The notes: generated by a model from the sequence alone, not told the origin. A DNA stretch of 64,000 bases from Mustelus asterias (GCF_964213995.1 NC_135810.1:1922001-1986000), one strand, 5' to 3'; shown: positions 15,588 to 28,329, counted from the stretch's first letter. Made by a program: numbers and translations.

Positions 15588-16206
15588 GGAGGGCACCCAC
15601 AGGGGGTGGGGGAGGGCACCCACAGGGGGTGGGGGAGGGCACCCACAGGGGGTGGGGGAGGGTGAGGTGTGCGGAAAGAGGACGCCCGGGGTGGGGGGTT
15701 GAGGTGTGTGGATAGGGGATACGGGGGTGGGGTGTGGGGTGTGGTGGTGGGGGTGTGTGGTGGTGGGGGTGTGTGGTGGTGGGGGGGTGGGGTGTGTGGT
15801 GGTGGGGGGGTGGGGTGTGTGGTGGTGGGGGGGTGGGGTGTGTGGTGGTGGGGGGGTGGGGTGGGGTGTGTGGTGGTGGGGGGGTGGGGTGGGGTGTGTG
15901 GTGGTGGGGGGGTGGGGTGTGTGGTGGTGGGGGGGTGGGGTGTGTGGTGGTGGGGGGGTGGGGTGGGGTGTGTGGTGGTGGGGGGGTGGGGTGTGTGGTG
16001 GTGGGGGGGTGGGGTGTGTGGTGGTGGGGGGGTGGGGTGTGTGGTGGTGGGGGGGTGGGGTGTGTGGTGGTGGGGGGGGTGGGGTGTGTGGTGGGGGGGT
16101 GGGGTGTGTGGTGGGGGGGGTGGGGTGTGTGGTGGGGGGGTGGGGTGTGTGGTGGGGGGGTGGGGTGTGTGGTGGGGGGGTGGGGTGTGTGGTGGGGGGG
16201 TGGGGG
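15588..16206 (+). repeat. G-rich minisatellites: 3 x 23-bp (gagggcacccacagggggtgggg), then a ~20-28-bp unit (ggggtgtgtggtggtgggggggt)n
   Basis: Directly visible tandem repeats made only of G and T from ~15724 to 16206. Confidence 0.95.
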
Positions 16207-16550
16207 GCTGTGGAAAGGGGGATACCCGGGGGCGGGGTGGAATCGAGCCGAGCTGCGACACTCTCAGCAGTTTGACAGGGAACACAAGTCGCTTCACTTC
16301 CCTGCAGTCTCCCCGCAGCCAGCTGTTAAACCCGGGGCAGGGGCGGCTCTCTTCCCGGGGGGGGGGGGGGGGGGAGTCGGCTCTACCGCCCCCCCCGGGG
16401 CTGTGCAGTTTAGCGGGGATCCATCCCCGCGCTGGGCCGAGCGGGCTGCGCACCGCCAGCAAGTGCGGTGCCCCCCCCGCGGCGCGGGGGACCCAGGCCC
16501 TCCCCCGGCTGGGCTCCCCGGGGCCGGTGCACCGGCCGTCCCGGGTTTAC

Positions 16551-16620
16551 CTGCTGCTCCTCCAGCCGCTCTCCGCTCGGCGCCTTCAGCTGGCCGGGGA
16601 CAGTCAGCTGACCCTGGTCC
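16551..16620 (-). other. ATP6V1A: ATP6V1A non-coding exon 1 (5' end approximate)
   Basis: CAG|gtaaac donor at 16551/16550 inside the CpG island, just downstream of NRF1/E-box motifs; a non-coding first exon is the known vertebrate structure. Confidence 0.7.
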
Positions 16621-17369
16621 TGGCGCATGCGCGCGGCTCGGGTCTGGAGGAGGCGGGGCATCGGGGGGGAATAAACGTTCACTCAGATTTAAAAATTTAA
16701 TAAAATTATCCACGGAGCGGCTTAAAACCCACAGAGTGAAATAAAAAATAAAATCCAGAGAGTGAGAATAAATAAAACATTAAACCCTTCTTCCTGCTTT
16801 TAATCATTATTGGGGGGGGGGGGGGCTACCCAGTGACGTCAGCAACCAAACCGTCACCCATTCCAACTCCTAAAAACATTTTGTAAAACACAAATTAATT
16901 TAAAATTCCACGATTTCTGTTTTTAAATCGTCTGGAAATTTGATTTTGTTTGCATTTCTCTTCATAAATCACAATTCTAAAAATCCTCCAATCACGTGAT
17001 CACCATCAGTTTTTACAAATATATATTTTCTGAATAATAAAACGAGGAAACTTCACTCTGATCCCAGACAGAGTTTATTAGAAAATTCACACATTTCATT
17101 TCGACGCGAAGTTGAATAAATATAAAATGCTGAGCAGGGGAGGGTCAAAAGGTCACCCAAATTAATCCCCCCCGCCCCCTTGCTGGTTTTAATATTTCCG
17201 GCTGAAAATGTTTTAATGATATTTTGTGAAGTATTAAATACAGTAAAGATTAACGCGGCGAGATTTGGTGCGATTGATTATTTCTGAGGGGATAGTTGGA
17301 GTTGCGATGGAGTCCGGCCGGGGCTGAGGGGAGGTGGAGCTGCTCGGCCTGGATGGACTGCTGCGGCGC

Positions 17370-17830
17370 TCCGAGAGAGTCCGCCCGGGTTCGGAGACAC
17401 TCGGCTCGGGCCGGGGTGATTCGGGGAGACTCGGTTCAAGCCCTGAGTTGTCGGAGGGACTCGGCTAAGCTCGGGCCCTGCGTTGGAGACTCGGCTGTCC
17501 TCGGGCACTGGTGGGGTGGGGGGGGCAGGGGGAGGTCGGAGAGACTCAGCTTCGTTCAGGCCGGGGCTGGAGTGACTCGCTCGGGTCGGAGGGACTCGGC
17601 TGAGCTCGGGCCGAGGCTGCGCAGTGACCCGGTTGGGCTCGGAGGCACTCGGTTCCGGTCGGGGCTGGGGAGACACGGCTGGGCTCGGGGGGGGGGGTCC
17701 GTGGGGTTCGGAAGTATTCGGCTAGACTCGGGCCAGGTCTCGGAGACACTCGACTCGCTTCGGGCCGGGGCTGGAGGGCACTCGGCTGGACTCGGGCCGG
17801 GTTCGGAAAGACTCGGCTCGGCTCCGAGCG
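17370..17830 (+). repeat. Degenerate CpG-rich tandem repeat (actcggct..gctcgggccg core) upstream of NAA50
   Basis: Recurrent gactcggct / ctcgggccgg motifs at roughly 30-35 bp spacing. Confidence 0.7.
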
Positions 17831-18015
17831 CCCCCTTCCCGAAGGCGGGGGAGGGGTCAGGGGTCGGAGGTGAGAGTGGGTGGCGCGGAGCGGAGCGTGC
17901 GCGGCGAGTGGCATGTGTTAGAGGCTGAAGAGTTTGGGCGATTTTTTTTTACCTCCATCCTCCTCGTCCCCCGCCGCTCGGTCACCAGGTGAAGACGGAC
18001 AAGCGCCCGCCCATC

Positions 18016-18023
18016 ATGAAGGG
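18016..18023 (+). CDS. NAA50: NAA50 exon 1 coding part (MKG)
   Basis: atcATG AAG GG|gtgagt in the CpG island; matches the known NAA50 N-terminus MKGSRIELGDVT. Confidence 0.9.
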
Positions 18024-19199
18024 GTGAGTAGAGCCGACGGGCGAGCGGTTGGCTGGCAGGGAAGGAGAGGCCGGGCCTGCTGGGGCTTTATCCCCCCCCT
18101 TTCCCTCTCTCTTCCCCCCCCCCCCCCCCCCCCCGCGGCCTCGGGGACGCGGCGGGAGTTGCTCCGCCAGAGTTTTGCTCCAAGTTGAAGTTGTTGCTGG
18201 AGTTGGGGCCTGACTCACTGCCTCACTCCCCCCAATACAGGGGAACCTTCCCCTCCTGCTCTGACTCCGGGAGCTGCATTCACAATCCGGATCAGAGCCT
18301 GGATCAGAATCCCAACCCCCCCCCCCCCCCCAGGATATTCCCTTACAATACTTCACTCAATCCACCCCCAGCCTCCCAACCATTGATTTATGATGTATTT
18401 TTATATATTTACACATTGACAGTCTGGAAGTTTGGTTGTAATGTTTCACCTGGTGCTTTCTGTCACTTTTCTCTTCTGCACTAATTGTCTGGGGATTTAT
18501 ATTTTAAAAATCTCAAGTTATTTGTAAAATTTCCAACTTCTGCCCCTTGGTGGCCTGTGGGCAACACAGTCAAATTCTCTCAACTTTTCTATCATTTACC
18601 TTTTTTAATCATTTGGCACGTTTCCTGTGTGGAGCTGGAAGACCAGTGTTAATACTTTATGACTCCCATTTAGAACAGTAACTGAAATGCCAATCACCCA
18701 ACACATTTGGAAGGGTGAGGATTGAAGTTTCTAAAGAAACCTGTTCACACAGAAGTGGTACCAAATTTTTGCTGATGTTTCTTAAACTTACGAAAATACT
18801 GCCATCGCTGCTTTAACTATTTTGTCAGGGTACTGCCATTTATTATGTTTTTAACATATTTTTGTATGGCCAAAGTTATGCAAAAGCAATTGTACAATTT
18901 GAAACAGACCTTTGACTTTAAACCAATTTGGGATGTTCTGAGGTTGTGTAATATATTTTATAAAAGTCTTTTTCTACTTAATGATTTTGCTGAATTTGAA
19001 AACACATTTGTATCCAAGAATATGCAAAGTTTGTCCTACACAGTTTGTCTGGGCATGCACTCTAATTTGTTTTTTGTGGAGTAAAAATTAAAGGAAGGAA
19101 TGGGATTAATAAAATAGCTATTATTAGTCTTCCATATTTGAAAAGGATGCATAATTGTTAATGTTTTGTCATGTTTATTTAATTTTTATGAATTAGAAT

Positions 19200-19500
19200 A
19201 AGCTCCAATGGCAGCACAGCTAATTAAAGCTCGTGTGTAACTGGGCCATACAGAATAGCAGGGTTTGATTCCCGGCCTGTGTTGAGTTTATTGATATTTG
19301 CTGAAGAGCTGCAGTAGATGCTGCATCACTGGGTCAGAGAGGGGAAAATCAGCCAGGATTTCTCTTGCTGGTTGCTGTCCAGTAATTCCTGCTGGAAAGT
19401 GAGATTGTGCAGTTCCTTATAGTGGAGTAACTTGGCAGTGTTTACTCGCACGTGGAGGGTGATTGTTCAGGCAAATTACCAGAAAGTACTCAGCAGAAAG
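19200..19500 (+). mobile_element. LF-SINE-like ancient SINE relic
   Basis: B-box-like ggtttgattccc followed by gaggggaaaatcagccagg...tccagtaattcctgctggaaagtg, recalled as resembling the LF-SINE consensus. Confidence 0.6.
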
Positions 19501-22350
19501 CAAAGTTTTTCAGAGAGAAAATTGATGTGATAAAGTGTGGGAAATTGAAATCCACACCAGTCGTTTTGTGAATGTCCTAAATCATGATCAGCATTGGTGT
19601 TTTCAAACAAATGAGAATGAGTAAATAAATTGAGTGCCTTGTTATAAAATGAGAAAAGCAGTGTAAGTGTTGATTTTACAAATTCTCATCCTCGTGTTCA
19701 AACTTTACCATAGCTTACATTCACACCCCATCTCTGTAACCTCTGCCTGACCTACAACTTTGAGACATCTATATTCCGCCAATTTAGCCTGTTGTGTATC
19801 CCCCCCTTACCATTGGCAGTTGTGTCTCTGCCTCAACCCCTTTGCCTCCCTATCTCTTTTTCTCCACTAAGATACTCCTTGAAATTTACCCCTTTGACTA
19901 AAGGTTTGGTCACTTATCCTGAAAGCTTCTCCTTTGATTCGGTGTCTGAAAAAGTGTTCACTTTTTGTCTGATTATACTCCTGTGAAGCACCTCGAATAT
20001 TTTCCTGTCTTGAATCCAAATTTAAGTACTTCCTAGTTGTTAACAAAGACTTGCTTCTTGGTAATGAGCGATGGTGTCCTGTTACTGGAAAAGACACAAA
20101 TACCTTAGAGACAGTAAGTATGTAAATCCCTGATTGATGTTTTCGAAACTCTCCTACAGTGAAACTGTGATGAAAAAATAGCAAGTGGAAAGCAGGCTGG
20201 GGATTGAGGAAGTTTATTTGAAATGATCCGTTCAGGGTCAGGCATTACACGGTGTGTTGTGTTGCCTGGTAAACATAGAAACACTTGGCGAAAAGTGCTT
20301 GTATTAGAGACAAGTGTGGCAAATGGCGACTATATTTATAGGACACCTGAGAAATAAGTGAGCCAGGTGTGAAGCTATTTGGATTGATATGTGTGATGAG
20401 TAAGAAATGGGAGTGGTTTGAGTCTGAAAGGTCAATTTAAGAATTCTTCATTTTTGTTTATAAAAGGTAAACCGTGTAAGCGGACAGGACTGATTTAGGC
20501 AGCTCATTGTGCTCTAGTGATTAGAATAATGTTGCTTCCTGACTTGGTCACCAAGGAACACCAGAGCTAGGCATTCTGGACATGGTTCTTGTGTGTGTCA
20601 GAGCCACTATTCAGGAAGTAGAAATGGTAGAACTGTCAGGCCATATCACATTGCTTCGACCTGGGAAACAGCACAGAATGTAATCAAACCTCGTATACAA
20701 CTTTTATAGATTTCAGATGTATGGAACATGAGCTACTGAAAGATAAATCTGTTGTGGACAAATGGATAGCCTGTTAGAAGCACTTTCGGTACATTCCCAC
20801 AAGTAGTCCCAGAGCAGCCAAGGCAACATAAATTAATTTACCCAAGTGTGGCTGGAATGTAAATACAAGATAGTCAGTAATAAATTCAGCATGGCATTCA
20901 GGAGAAACCTTTGCCCAGAGATTGGTGAGAATGTGGAACTGTCTATCTCAGTGTGATTTGAAGTGAATGGTATAGATACATTAAGGGGAAGCTCATATAT
21001 ATGTGTGAGCAAGAAGAGAATAATGGGTTATGCTGTTAGTTAGAGGAGTAAGAATGCGTGGGTTTACTCCGGGTGCTCCGGTTTCCTTCCACAGTTCAAA
21101 GATATGGGGGTTTGGTTGATTGGCCATGCTAAATTGACTCTCTTGTGTCAAGGGATTAGCAGGGTAAATATGTGGGGTTGTGGGAATAAGGCCTGGGTGG
21201 AATTGTGGTTGGTGCAGACTCGATGGGCTGAATGGTCTCCTGCACTGTAGGGATTCTATGATTCTTTGAAGAAGAGGAGGAGATTGAGTGGTGCATAAAC
21301 ACTAGCATGGACTAGTTGGGCCAAATGCCCTTTTGCCAGGCTGTTATTTCTATGTAATTATCCAGGAAATAGTCAGCAATACGGCAGCATCTGTGGAGAA
21401 ACAAGTCAAATCAGTTGACTTTTCAGGTCCAAGAGCTTTCCTGCTGAGATGTTTGACTGACTTCTCCTTCTCTAGGGATGTTGTTTGACTTGTTAAACAT
21501 TTTCAGCTGTTTCTGTTTCTGCTTTTTGTAAAGTTAAATCAATGTGGTGATATAAACCTCCAGGCCAGAGAAAGCTCTGATCCCATTTGGTAAACTTCTT
21601 ATATTCTGACAGTGGAAGCAGACCTGCCACACTTTGAGTATTCGCATCAACCTCTGCTCAAGTTTATAAACTGCTGAGGAGATTGGGCAAATTGTACTGG
21701 TGTTATATTCCACGTGGAATCGAGCCACAGTGTGAGGCACTTCAGGGGTCTCCATTATTTATTTGTAGATGTAAGGAATTCATTTTCATACATTCGTTCT
21801 GGGATGAGAACATCGCTGACAAGACCAACATTTATTGCCTAGCTTTCATTGTCCTGAATGCAACTGAGTGTCTTCCTCAGCCACTTCATAGGATAGCTAA
21901 GAGTCAACCACACTGGAGTAACGTAGGCCCAGACTTGGTAAAGACGACAGGTTTCTTTCCTAAGGGGTATGAGTGAACAAATTGGATTATTTTACAGCAG
22001 TGCAACAGCTTTATGGTCACTTTTGTTAGTCCCAGCTCTTTATTTCACAAATGAAATTTGTGAGATTGGCTCAGCGCTTACTGCAGTGCATTGTGGAGTG
22101 AGGGGGATCTTTCAGCTCAGTGATAAAGACCCAAGAAAGATTTGTTCTCATATGCCTGTTAATTTGGCATGAAAATCATTCATAATGCTGTTCTGTGCCA
22201 GCATTGTTTAGTTTTAAAAATCCCAAACTATGTCCTAACTGTCACAGCAGGCAGCCTCTCATCTTACATGCAAGTCTCAGCTTAGTATTGATATCTAGGT
22301 ACAGTGTGATGTACTGATGTGTCATGAGCTCATTCTCAGAACAGGACCGG

Positions 22351-22657
22351 GGTGGCAGCACGGTGGCACAGTGGTTAGCACTGTTGCCTCACAGCGCCAG
22401 GGATCTGGGTTTGATTACCGACTTGGGTCACTGTCTGTGTGGAGTTTGCACATCCTCCCCGTGTCTGCGTGGGTTTCCTCCGGGTGCTCTGTTTTCCTCT
22501 CACGGTCTGAAAGACGTGCTGGTTAGGTGCATTGGCCATGCTAAATTCTCCCTCAGTGTACCCAACCAGGCGCCGGAGTGTAGCAACTTGGGGATTTTCA
22601 CAGTAACTTCATTGCAGTGTTAATGTAAGCCTACTTGTGACAATAAATAAAAAAAAG
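22351..22657 (+). mobile_element. V-SINE (HE1-like head) with alternative 3' tail
   Basis: ggcagcacggtggcacagtggttagcact head, V-domain, tail ...cctacttgtgacaataaataaaaaaa. Confidence 0.85.
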
Positions 22658-22919
22658 AGTCCTAGCTGACTCGTCAATGTCAGTATAACTGAATCATGAG
22701 TTATACAGTTTATTTAAAATAAGTTATATTGAACTAGCATCCTAATCCATGCAAAACCCTTTAAATTTAAAGTTAGCTAGTATGTATGACACAGAAATAG
22801 GCCATTCAGCCCAACTGGGCGATGCTGAGTGTTTATGCTCCACATGAGCCTCCTCCCATCCTATCAGCATATCTTCCCATTTCTTTCTGCTTGTGTTTAC
22901 CTTGATTCCTCTTAAACAT

Positions 22920-23855
22920 CCATGTTGAAGTGCAACAAGATCAGGACAATAATATAAAAGCAAAATACTGCGGATGCTGGAATCTGAAACAAAAACAGAA
23001 AATGCTGGAAAATCTCAGCAGGTCTGACAGCGTCAGTGGAGAGAGAATAGAGCCAAAGTTTCAGGATGACTCTTCATCAGAACAGACGTTAGCTCTATTC
23101 TTCAAGATCTGGACAATATCCAGGCTTGGGCTGATAAGTGGCAAGTAACATTCGCACCACACAAATGCCAGGCAATGACCATCACCAGTAAGAGACATTT
23201 TAAACACCATTCAATGGTGTTACCATCGCTGAATTCCCCCACTGTCAACATCTTTGGGGTTTCCATTGATCAGAAATTCAACTGGACTCATCACATAAAC
23301 ATAGTGGCTACAAGAGCAGGTCAAAGGCTAAGAATACTGCGGCAAGTAATTCACCTGCTGACTCCCCAAAGCCTGTCCATCATTTACAAGGCTCAAGTCA
23401 GGAGTGTGATGGAATACTGCCCACTTGCCTGGATGGGTGCAGCTCCAACAACACTCAAGAAACTTGACATCCAGGACAAAGCAGCCTGCTTGATTGGCAC
23501 CACATCCACTCCCTCCACCACCCAACGCTCAGTAGCAGCAGTGTGTACTATCTACAAGATGCACTGCAGAAATTCACCAAAGATCCTTAGACAGCACCTT
23601 CCAAACCCACAACCACTTCCATCTAGAAGGACAAAGGCAGCAGATACATGGGAACACCACCAGGTTCCCCTCCAAGCAACTCACCATCCTGACTTGAAAA
23701 TATATCACTGTTCCTTTGCAGTCGCTGGGTCAAAATCCTGGAATTCCCTCCCTAATGGCATTGTGGGTCAACCCACAGCACATGGACTGCAGGGATTCAA
23801 AAAGGCAGCTCACCATCACCTTCTCAAGGATAACTAGGGATGGGCATGTTCCACA
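22920..23855 (+). mobile_element. CR1-group LINE family B 3' fragment
   Basis: ORF 23175-23837 WTHHINIVATRAGQRLRILR..IYKAQVRSVMEYCPLAW; nearly identical to 51700-52470. Confidence 0.9.
22952..23102 (-). mobile_element. Penelope-like family B mini-insertion inside a LINE
   Basis: gcaaaatactgcggatgctgg...cagcaggtctgacagc family sequence; 16-bp TSD caagatc(a/t)ggacaata; CTGATGA...GAAAC on minus strand. Confidence 0.72.
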
Positions 23856-26426
23856 AATGAATTTTTAAAAGTATCCATGCCATGTGCATCAACTACTGCA
23901 TGTGGTAGTGAGTTCCACATTCTCAGCACACTCTGGTTAAAGCGACTTCTCCTGAATTTCTGATTGGGTTTATCTTTGATTGATGGCCTTAGCATTCTAC
24001 TCTCTGCAAATGAAAACACCTCTGTGTCCACCCTAACGAGCTCCTAACGAGAATTTTAAAGATCAGGTTTTCTCTTTTTTGAAGAACAACAGCCGATCCA
24101 ATCTTCCCTGGTAGTTGTAATAGTTCTGAAACTATCCTTGCAGTAACTTCATTGCAGTGTTAATGTAAGCTTGCTTGTGACTAATAAACTTTAACTTTGA
24201 ATCTTTTTTGCATTTTCTCTCGTAACTATATCCGTTTTGTAATGTGGAGATTGGGAAAGTTGTGTTGTATTTTGATGCAGTCAAACAATCCCCCCCCCCA
24301 GCATGCGCACACACACACGTGTCATAATGCAGAGCCACGGAGACCAAGAAAGAGAGAATTTTGCAAGTGTATATATCCCAAGGTTGCACCAGTATTTTTT
24401 GTTGCAAAGGTGTGACTGTTGACTACCCTGCTAGATGCTACTTTCAGATTGAATTCTATGCGTTAGAATGGGTCTAACCAACTTATTTTTTTGACACATT
24501 ATTGTAGGCTGGAGAAGTGTAACTCTGAGGAAGAACTAGAGAGGCTGGGTTTTTTTCCTTGGGACAGAGGAGGCTGAAGGGAGATTTAACTGAAGTGTAT
24601 GGTATGAGAGGTCTAGATAGTGTGAATAGGAAGGACCTATTTCCCATAGCAGAGAGGTCAATAACGAAGGGGTGCAGATTTAAAATAATTGGTAGAAGAA
24701 TTAGAGAAGAGTTTTGAAATGTTTTCACTTGTAGGGTGATGGTGGTCTAGAACTCATTATCAGAAAGGGTGATAGAGGCAGAGACCCTCTTAGGGTTTAA
24801 TAGAAGTACTGGGGTATGTACTGATGTGCCATAACTGACAGGGCTATGGATCAAGTGCTGGAAAGTGCAATTAGGCTAGAATGCTGTTTTTCAGCTAGCA
24901 CAGACATGATGGGCCAAATGGCCTGTAAGTTTCCATGATTTTAATGTGATGACATTAAATGTCTGGAAATTATCATGCTCCATTTTTGTCTAGATTTCTG
25001 TCATTGAGTTGAATGGAAACATGAACTTAACTGTGTGGAAAATAATGTAATGTATTGAAACTGTAGATGTGGTTTCAAATTGTGCAGGATCTTTCTGATG
25101 ACGTTCTGTATGTTAAAAATGACAGTCTTTGATTCTGTGCTTTTTGTTGGCACTGTGGGCAACAAAGCAACTTTTAATCTTGCATTTGGGTTGACCAGAT
25201 ACTCAAAATAGTTGGGATGTGTTGGTGAGTGGGATGCGTCAGTGAAGGTGACGGTATTTCCACGCAGGAAAGCCCAAGAGATCCCTCCTTTTACAAAACT
25301 TTGGGAGAACCCCCTGTGATCAAATATTGATTTCAACCTTTCAGTGTTCCCTGGGCAATACATGACTTGTGACGTTGAGCTAGCTAGTTGTGAGGAATTC
25401 CAAGACCTTTGGATAAATGACCACTTTCTGTGACGTATAATTCAAACAGCAGAGCCTGGCATTTCCAACAGTGCATACTTGGCTCTGGAGCTTGAACCCT
25501 CAACCTTCTGACTCAGGCAAGACTGCTGCCCAGTAAGATACGGTTGAGAAATGTTTTAGTTGGGGGAAGAAAATGCCTCTTCTGGTAACCGAGAGGTTCA
25601 GGGCTGATGTCAGGAAGCATCTTTCAAAAGAAAGGGTCATGGAAATCTTTCCCTTCCCATCCCCACAAAAAAAACTGTTGGAATGGAGGGGTGTCAAATG
25701 AAAGATTCAGAACTGAAGAGGTTAGATTTGGTTGGGTAAGGGTGATGTGGAATATGAATCAAAGGCAAGTAAATGGTGTTGAGGTATGGGCCAGTCATGA
25801 TCTAATTGCATGGCAGAACAGCCTTGAGGGGTGTGAGCAGCTGCCCCTTGTTCCTCATGTTCCAATTCCAGTCCAAAGATGTGCGGGTTAGGTTGATTGG
25901 CAATGCTAAAATTGGCCCTTCGTGTCCTGGGATGTGTAGATTAGAGTGATTAGCGGGTAAAATGTGTGGGGATATGGGGGCGGGGCCTGGGTGGGATTGT
26001 GGTCGGTGCAGACACGATGGGCCGAATGGCCTTTCTGTACTGTAGGGTTTCTACGATTTCTATGATGACTGATAATCTCAATGTTATAGCTGACTAACAT
26101 TGTTTGGTTACAACCGAGTGATTGTTTAAAAAAATACTGTACTTTTTAATACAGGATCAAAAATATTTTTATATATCAGTACTGGAGTGCAGGACAATTA
26201 GAGCATTCCTTTAACTGAGTGCCTAATTTTCTGCTGCCACTTGGATATATGAACCCTGTGGCATACAGCAGATAGCAATACCTCTTTCATCATTCGCTGC
26301 AAATTTAAAAAACCTGCATGAGGATGGGACTTAATTTTTCTGGCCATCTTTGCAAGTCACCGCTGAGGTAATGGCAACCTAAAGGATGAAATTGCTTTTG
26401 TACTTTTCTCATCCTCGATGTTTTTG

Positions 26427-27140
26427 GGCAGCATAGTGGCATAGTGCTTGGCACAAAGAATAACGAGAACAAAGAACAGTACAGCACAGGAGCAGGCCCT
26501 TCGGCCCACCATGTCTGTGCCGACACAGATGCCTCTCTGATCTAATAGTTTCTTGTCTCTACATGGTCCATATCCCTCTATTCCCTCCCTATTCATGTAT
26601 CTATCCAGATGCCTCTTGAACGTTGTTTTAGAATCTACTTCCACCACCTCCTCCGGCAGCGCATTCCAGGTACTTTCCAACCTCTGTGTGGAAAAACCTG
26701 CCCCTTACATCTCTTAAACTTTTCCCCCCTCACTCTCAACCTATCCCCCTGAGTAATTGACCTTTCGACCATGGGGAAGAGACTCTGACTATCCACTCTA
26801 TCCAAGCCTGTCATAATGATGTGAACCTCTATCAGCTTCCCCCTCATCCTCCAGTGGTTAGCACTGCTACCTCACAGCACCAGGGACCTGGGTTCAATTC
26901 CAGCCTTTGGTGACTGTCTTCATGAAGTTAGCACATTTTCCCCGTGTCTGCGTGGGTTTCCTCCGGGTGCTCCAGTTTCTTCCCACAGTCCAAAGATGTG
27001 CTGATTAGGTTGATTGGCCATGCTAAATTGCCCCTTAGTGTCAAGGGGATTAGCAGGGTAAATACGTGGGGTTACTGGTGGGCGGTGAAGGCTCAATGGG
27101 CCAAATTGTCACTTCTGCGCTGTAGGGATTCTGTGATGTT
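26427..27140 (+). mobile_element. HE1 SINE split by an antisense CR1 fragment (~26455-26851)
   Basis: SINE head gggcagcatagtggc at 26427 resumes as cagtggttagcact at ~26852. Confidence 0.75.
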
Positions 27141-27214
27141 CCAAATTACTTTGCAGCCAATGATTTTGTTTTTGGAGTGTGCTCAGTGTTATATTGCTGA
27201 ACCTCATTTGTTCT

Positions 27215-27637
27215 GTAAGAAGTCTCACAACACCAGGTTAAAGTCCAACAGGTTTATTTGGCAGCACAAGCTTTCGGAGCATTGCTCCTTCTTCAGGTGA
27301 GTGAAGAGTTGTGTTCACAAACAGGGCATACATAGACACAGACCCAATTTACAAGATAATGGTTGGAATGCGAGTCTTTACAGGTAATCAAGTCTTTACA
27401 GGTGCAGACAATGTGATTGGAGAGAGCGTTAAGCACAGGTTAAAGAGATGTGTATTGTCTCCAGCCAGGACAGTTAGTGAGATTTTGCAAGCCCAGGCAA
27501 GTCATGGGGGTTACAGATAGTGTGACATGAACCCAAGATCGCAGTTGAGGCCGCTCTCGTATGTGGCTATCAGTTTTTGCTTGGCGATTCTGCATTGTTG
27601 TGCGTCATGAAGGCTGCTTTGGAGAATGCATTTGTTT
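27215..27637 (-). mobile_element. Penelope-like element family A, 5'-truncated (GIY-YIG C-terminus + pLTR with hammerhead motif)
   Basis: Homologous to 28551-29000; 12-bp TSD ctcatttgttct (27203-27214 / 27638-27649); hammerhead motif 27265-27299. Confidence 0.8.
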
Positions 27638-28329
27638 CTCATTTGTTCTTTAAATGCCGCAATGAAACTTTGTTTAACTTCTTGCCTCTGAAGAGCAGAG
27701 TGCTATCCCAAAGGGATGATTTTTCTGTCTCCTACCATTGTGGCAGGCAAAGAACAACCTTCCAAGATTTTCAGGGTTGCTATGAAGGGTTCTTACCATC
27801 AGCAGTTCCAAGTAAATGACTAATGAAATTTAAACATTGCTGTATGTTCTTTTATATTACATAGAATTGGATAGTGTATTCAGCATTGAAACGAGCGGTT
27901 CAGCGGATCACAATGTGCAGTTATTCATGCTCCACACAAGCCTTCTTGCAACCTCTGTTCTCACTGCTCTCTGGGATAAGAGGTTTCTCCAGTATTAGTT
28001 CTTACTGACTATCTTCTACTTAAGGCTCCTTGTTCTGGTCTCCCACACGAGTGGAAACATTTTCTCTATGACTGCCATATTGAGCCCCGTGATAATGGTA
28101 ATGATCTTTACCAGCTCTCCCCACAGCACATTCTCTTTGCCAGAGGAATAAAATGACTGCCCATTCAGCCTTCCTGATAGCTATATCCTCTCCTTTCTGG
28201 TATCATCCTTGGAAAGGATGAATGTTTCCTTATTAGTGTTCTTCTCCGGCCAAAGCACTCATTACCTAAAGAGTGCATGACAATTAAATCTCAGGTAAGG
28301 CTTTTCAAAGCAGCTATTAATGATTCCCC

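Larger units (their letters stand above)
16220..18330. promoter_or_regulatory. Bidirectional CpG-island promoter shared by ATP6V1A and NAA50
   Basis: Two GC/CpG-rich blocks separated by an AT-rich core (~16685-17290); GTCAGCTGAC 16603-16612, NRF1 GCGCATGCGC 16623-16632, CRE TGACGTCA 16834-16841, CCAAT plus CLEAR/E-box TCACGTGA 16988-16999. Confidence 0.85.

Noticed and set aside
15362-16744. Long ORFs (189-366 aa) on both strands
   Set aside because: They are artefacts of the stop-free G/T minisatellite and the CpG island, giving low-complexity P/H/T or G/V/W translations.
17278-18484. Several 80-210 aa ORFs in the NAA50 CpG island, and similar ones at 57.6-58.7 kb
   Set aside because: GC-rich stop-poor sequence with no recognisable protein similarity; the real coding part is the 8-nt NAA50 exon 1.
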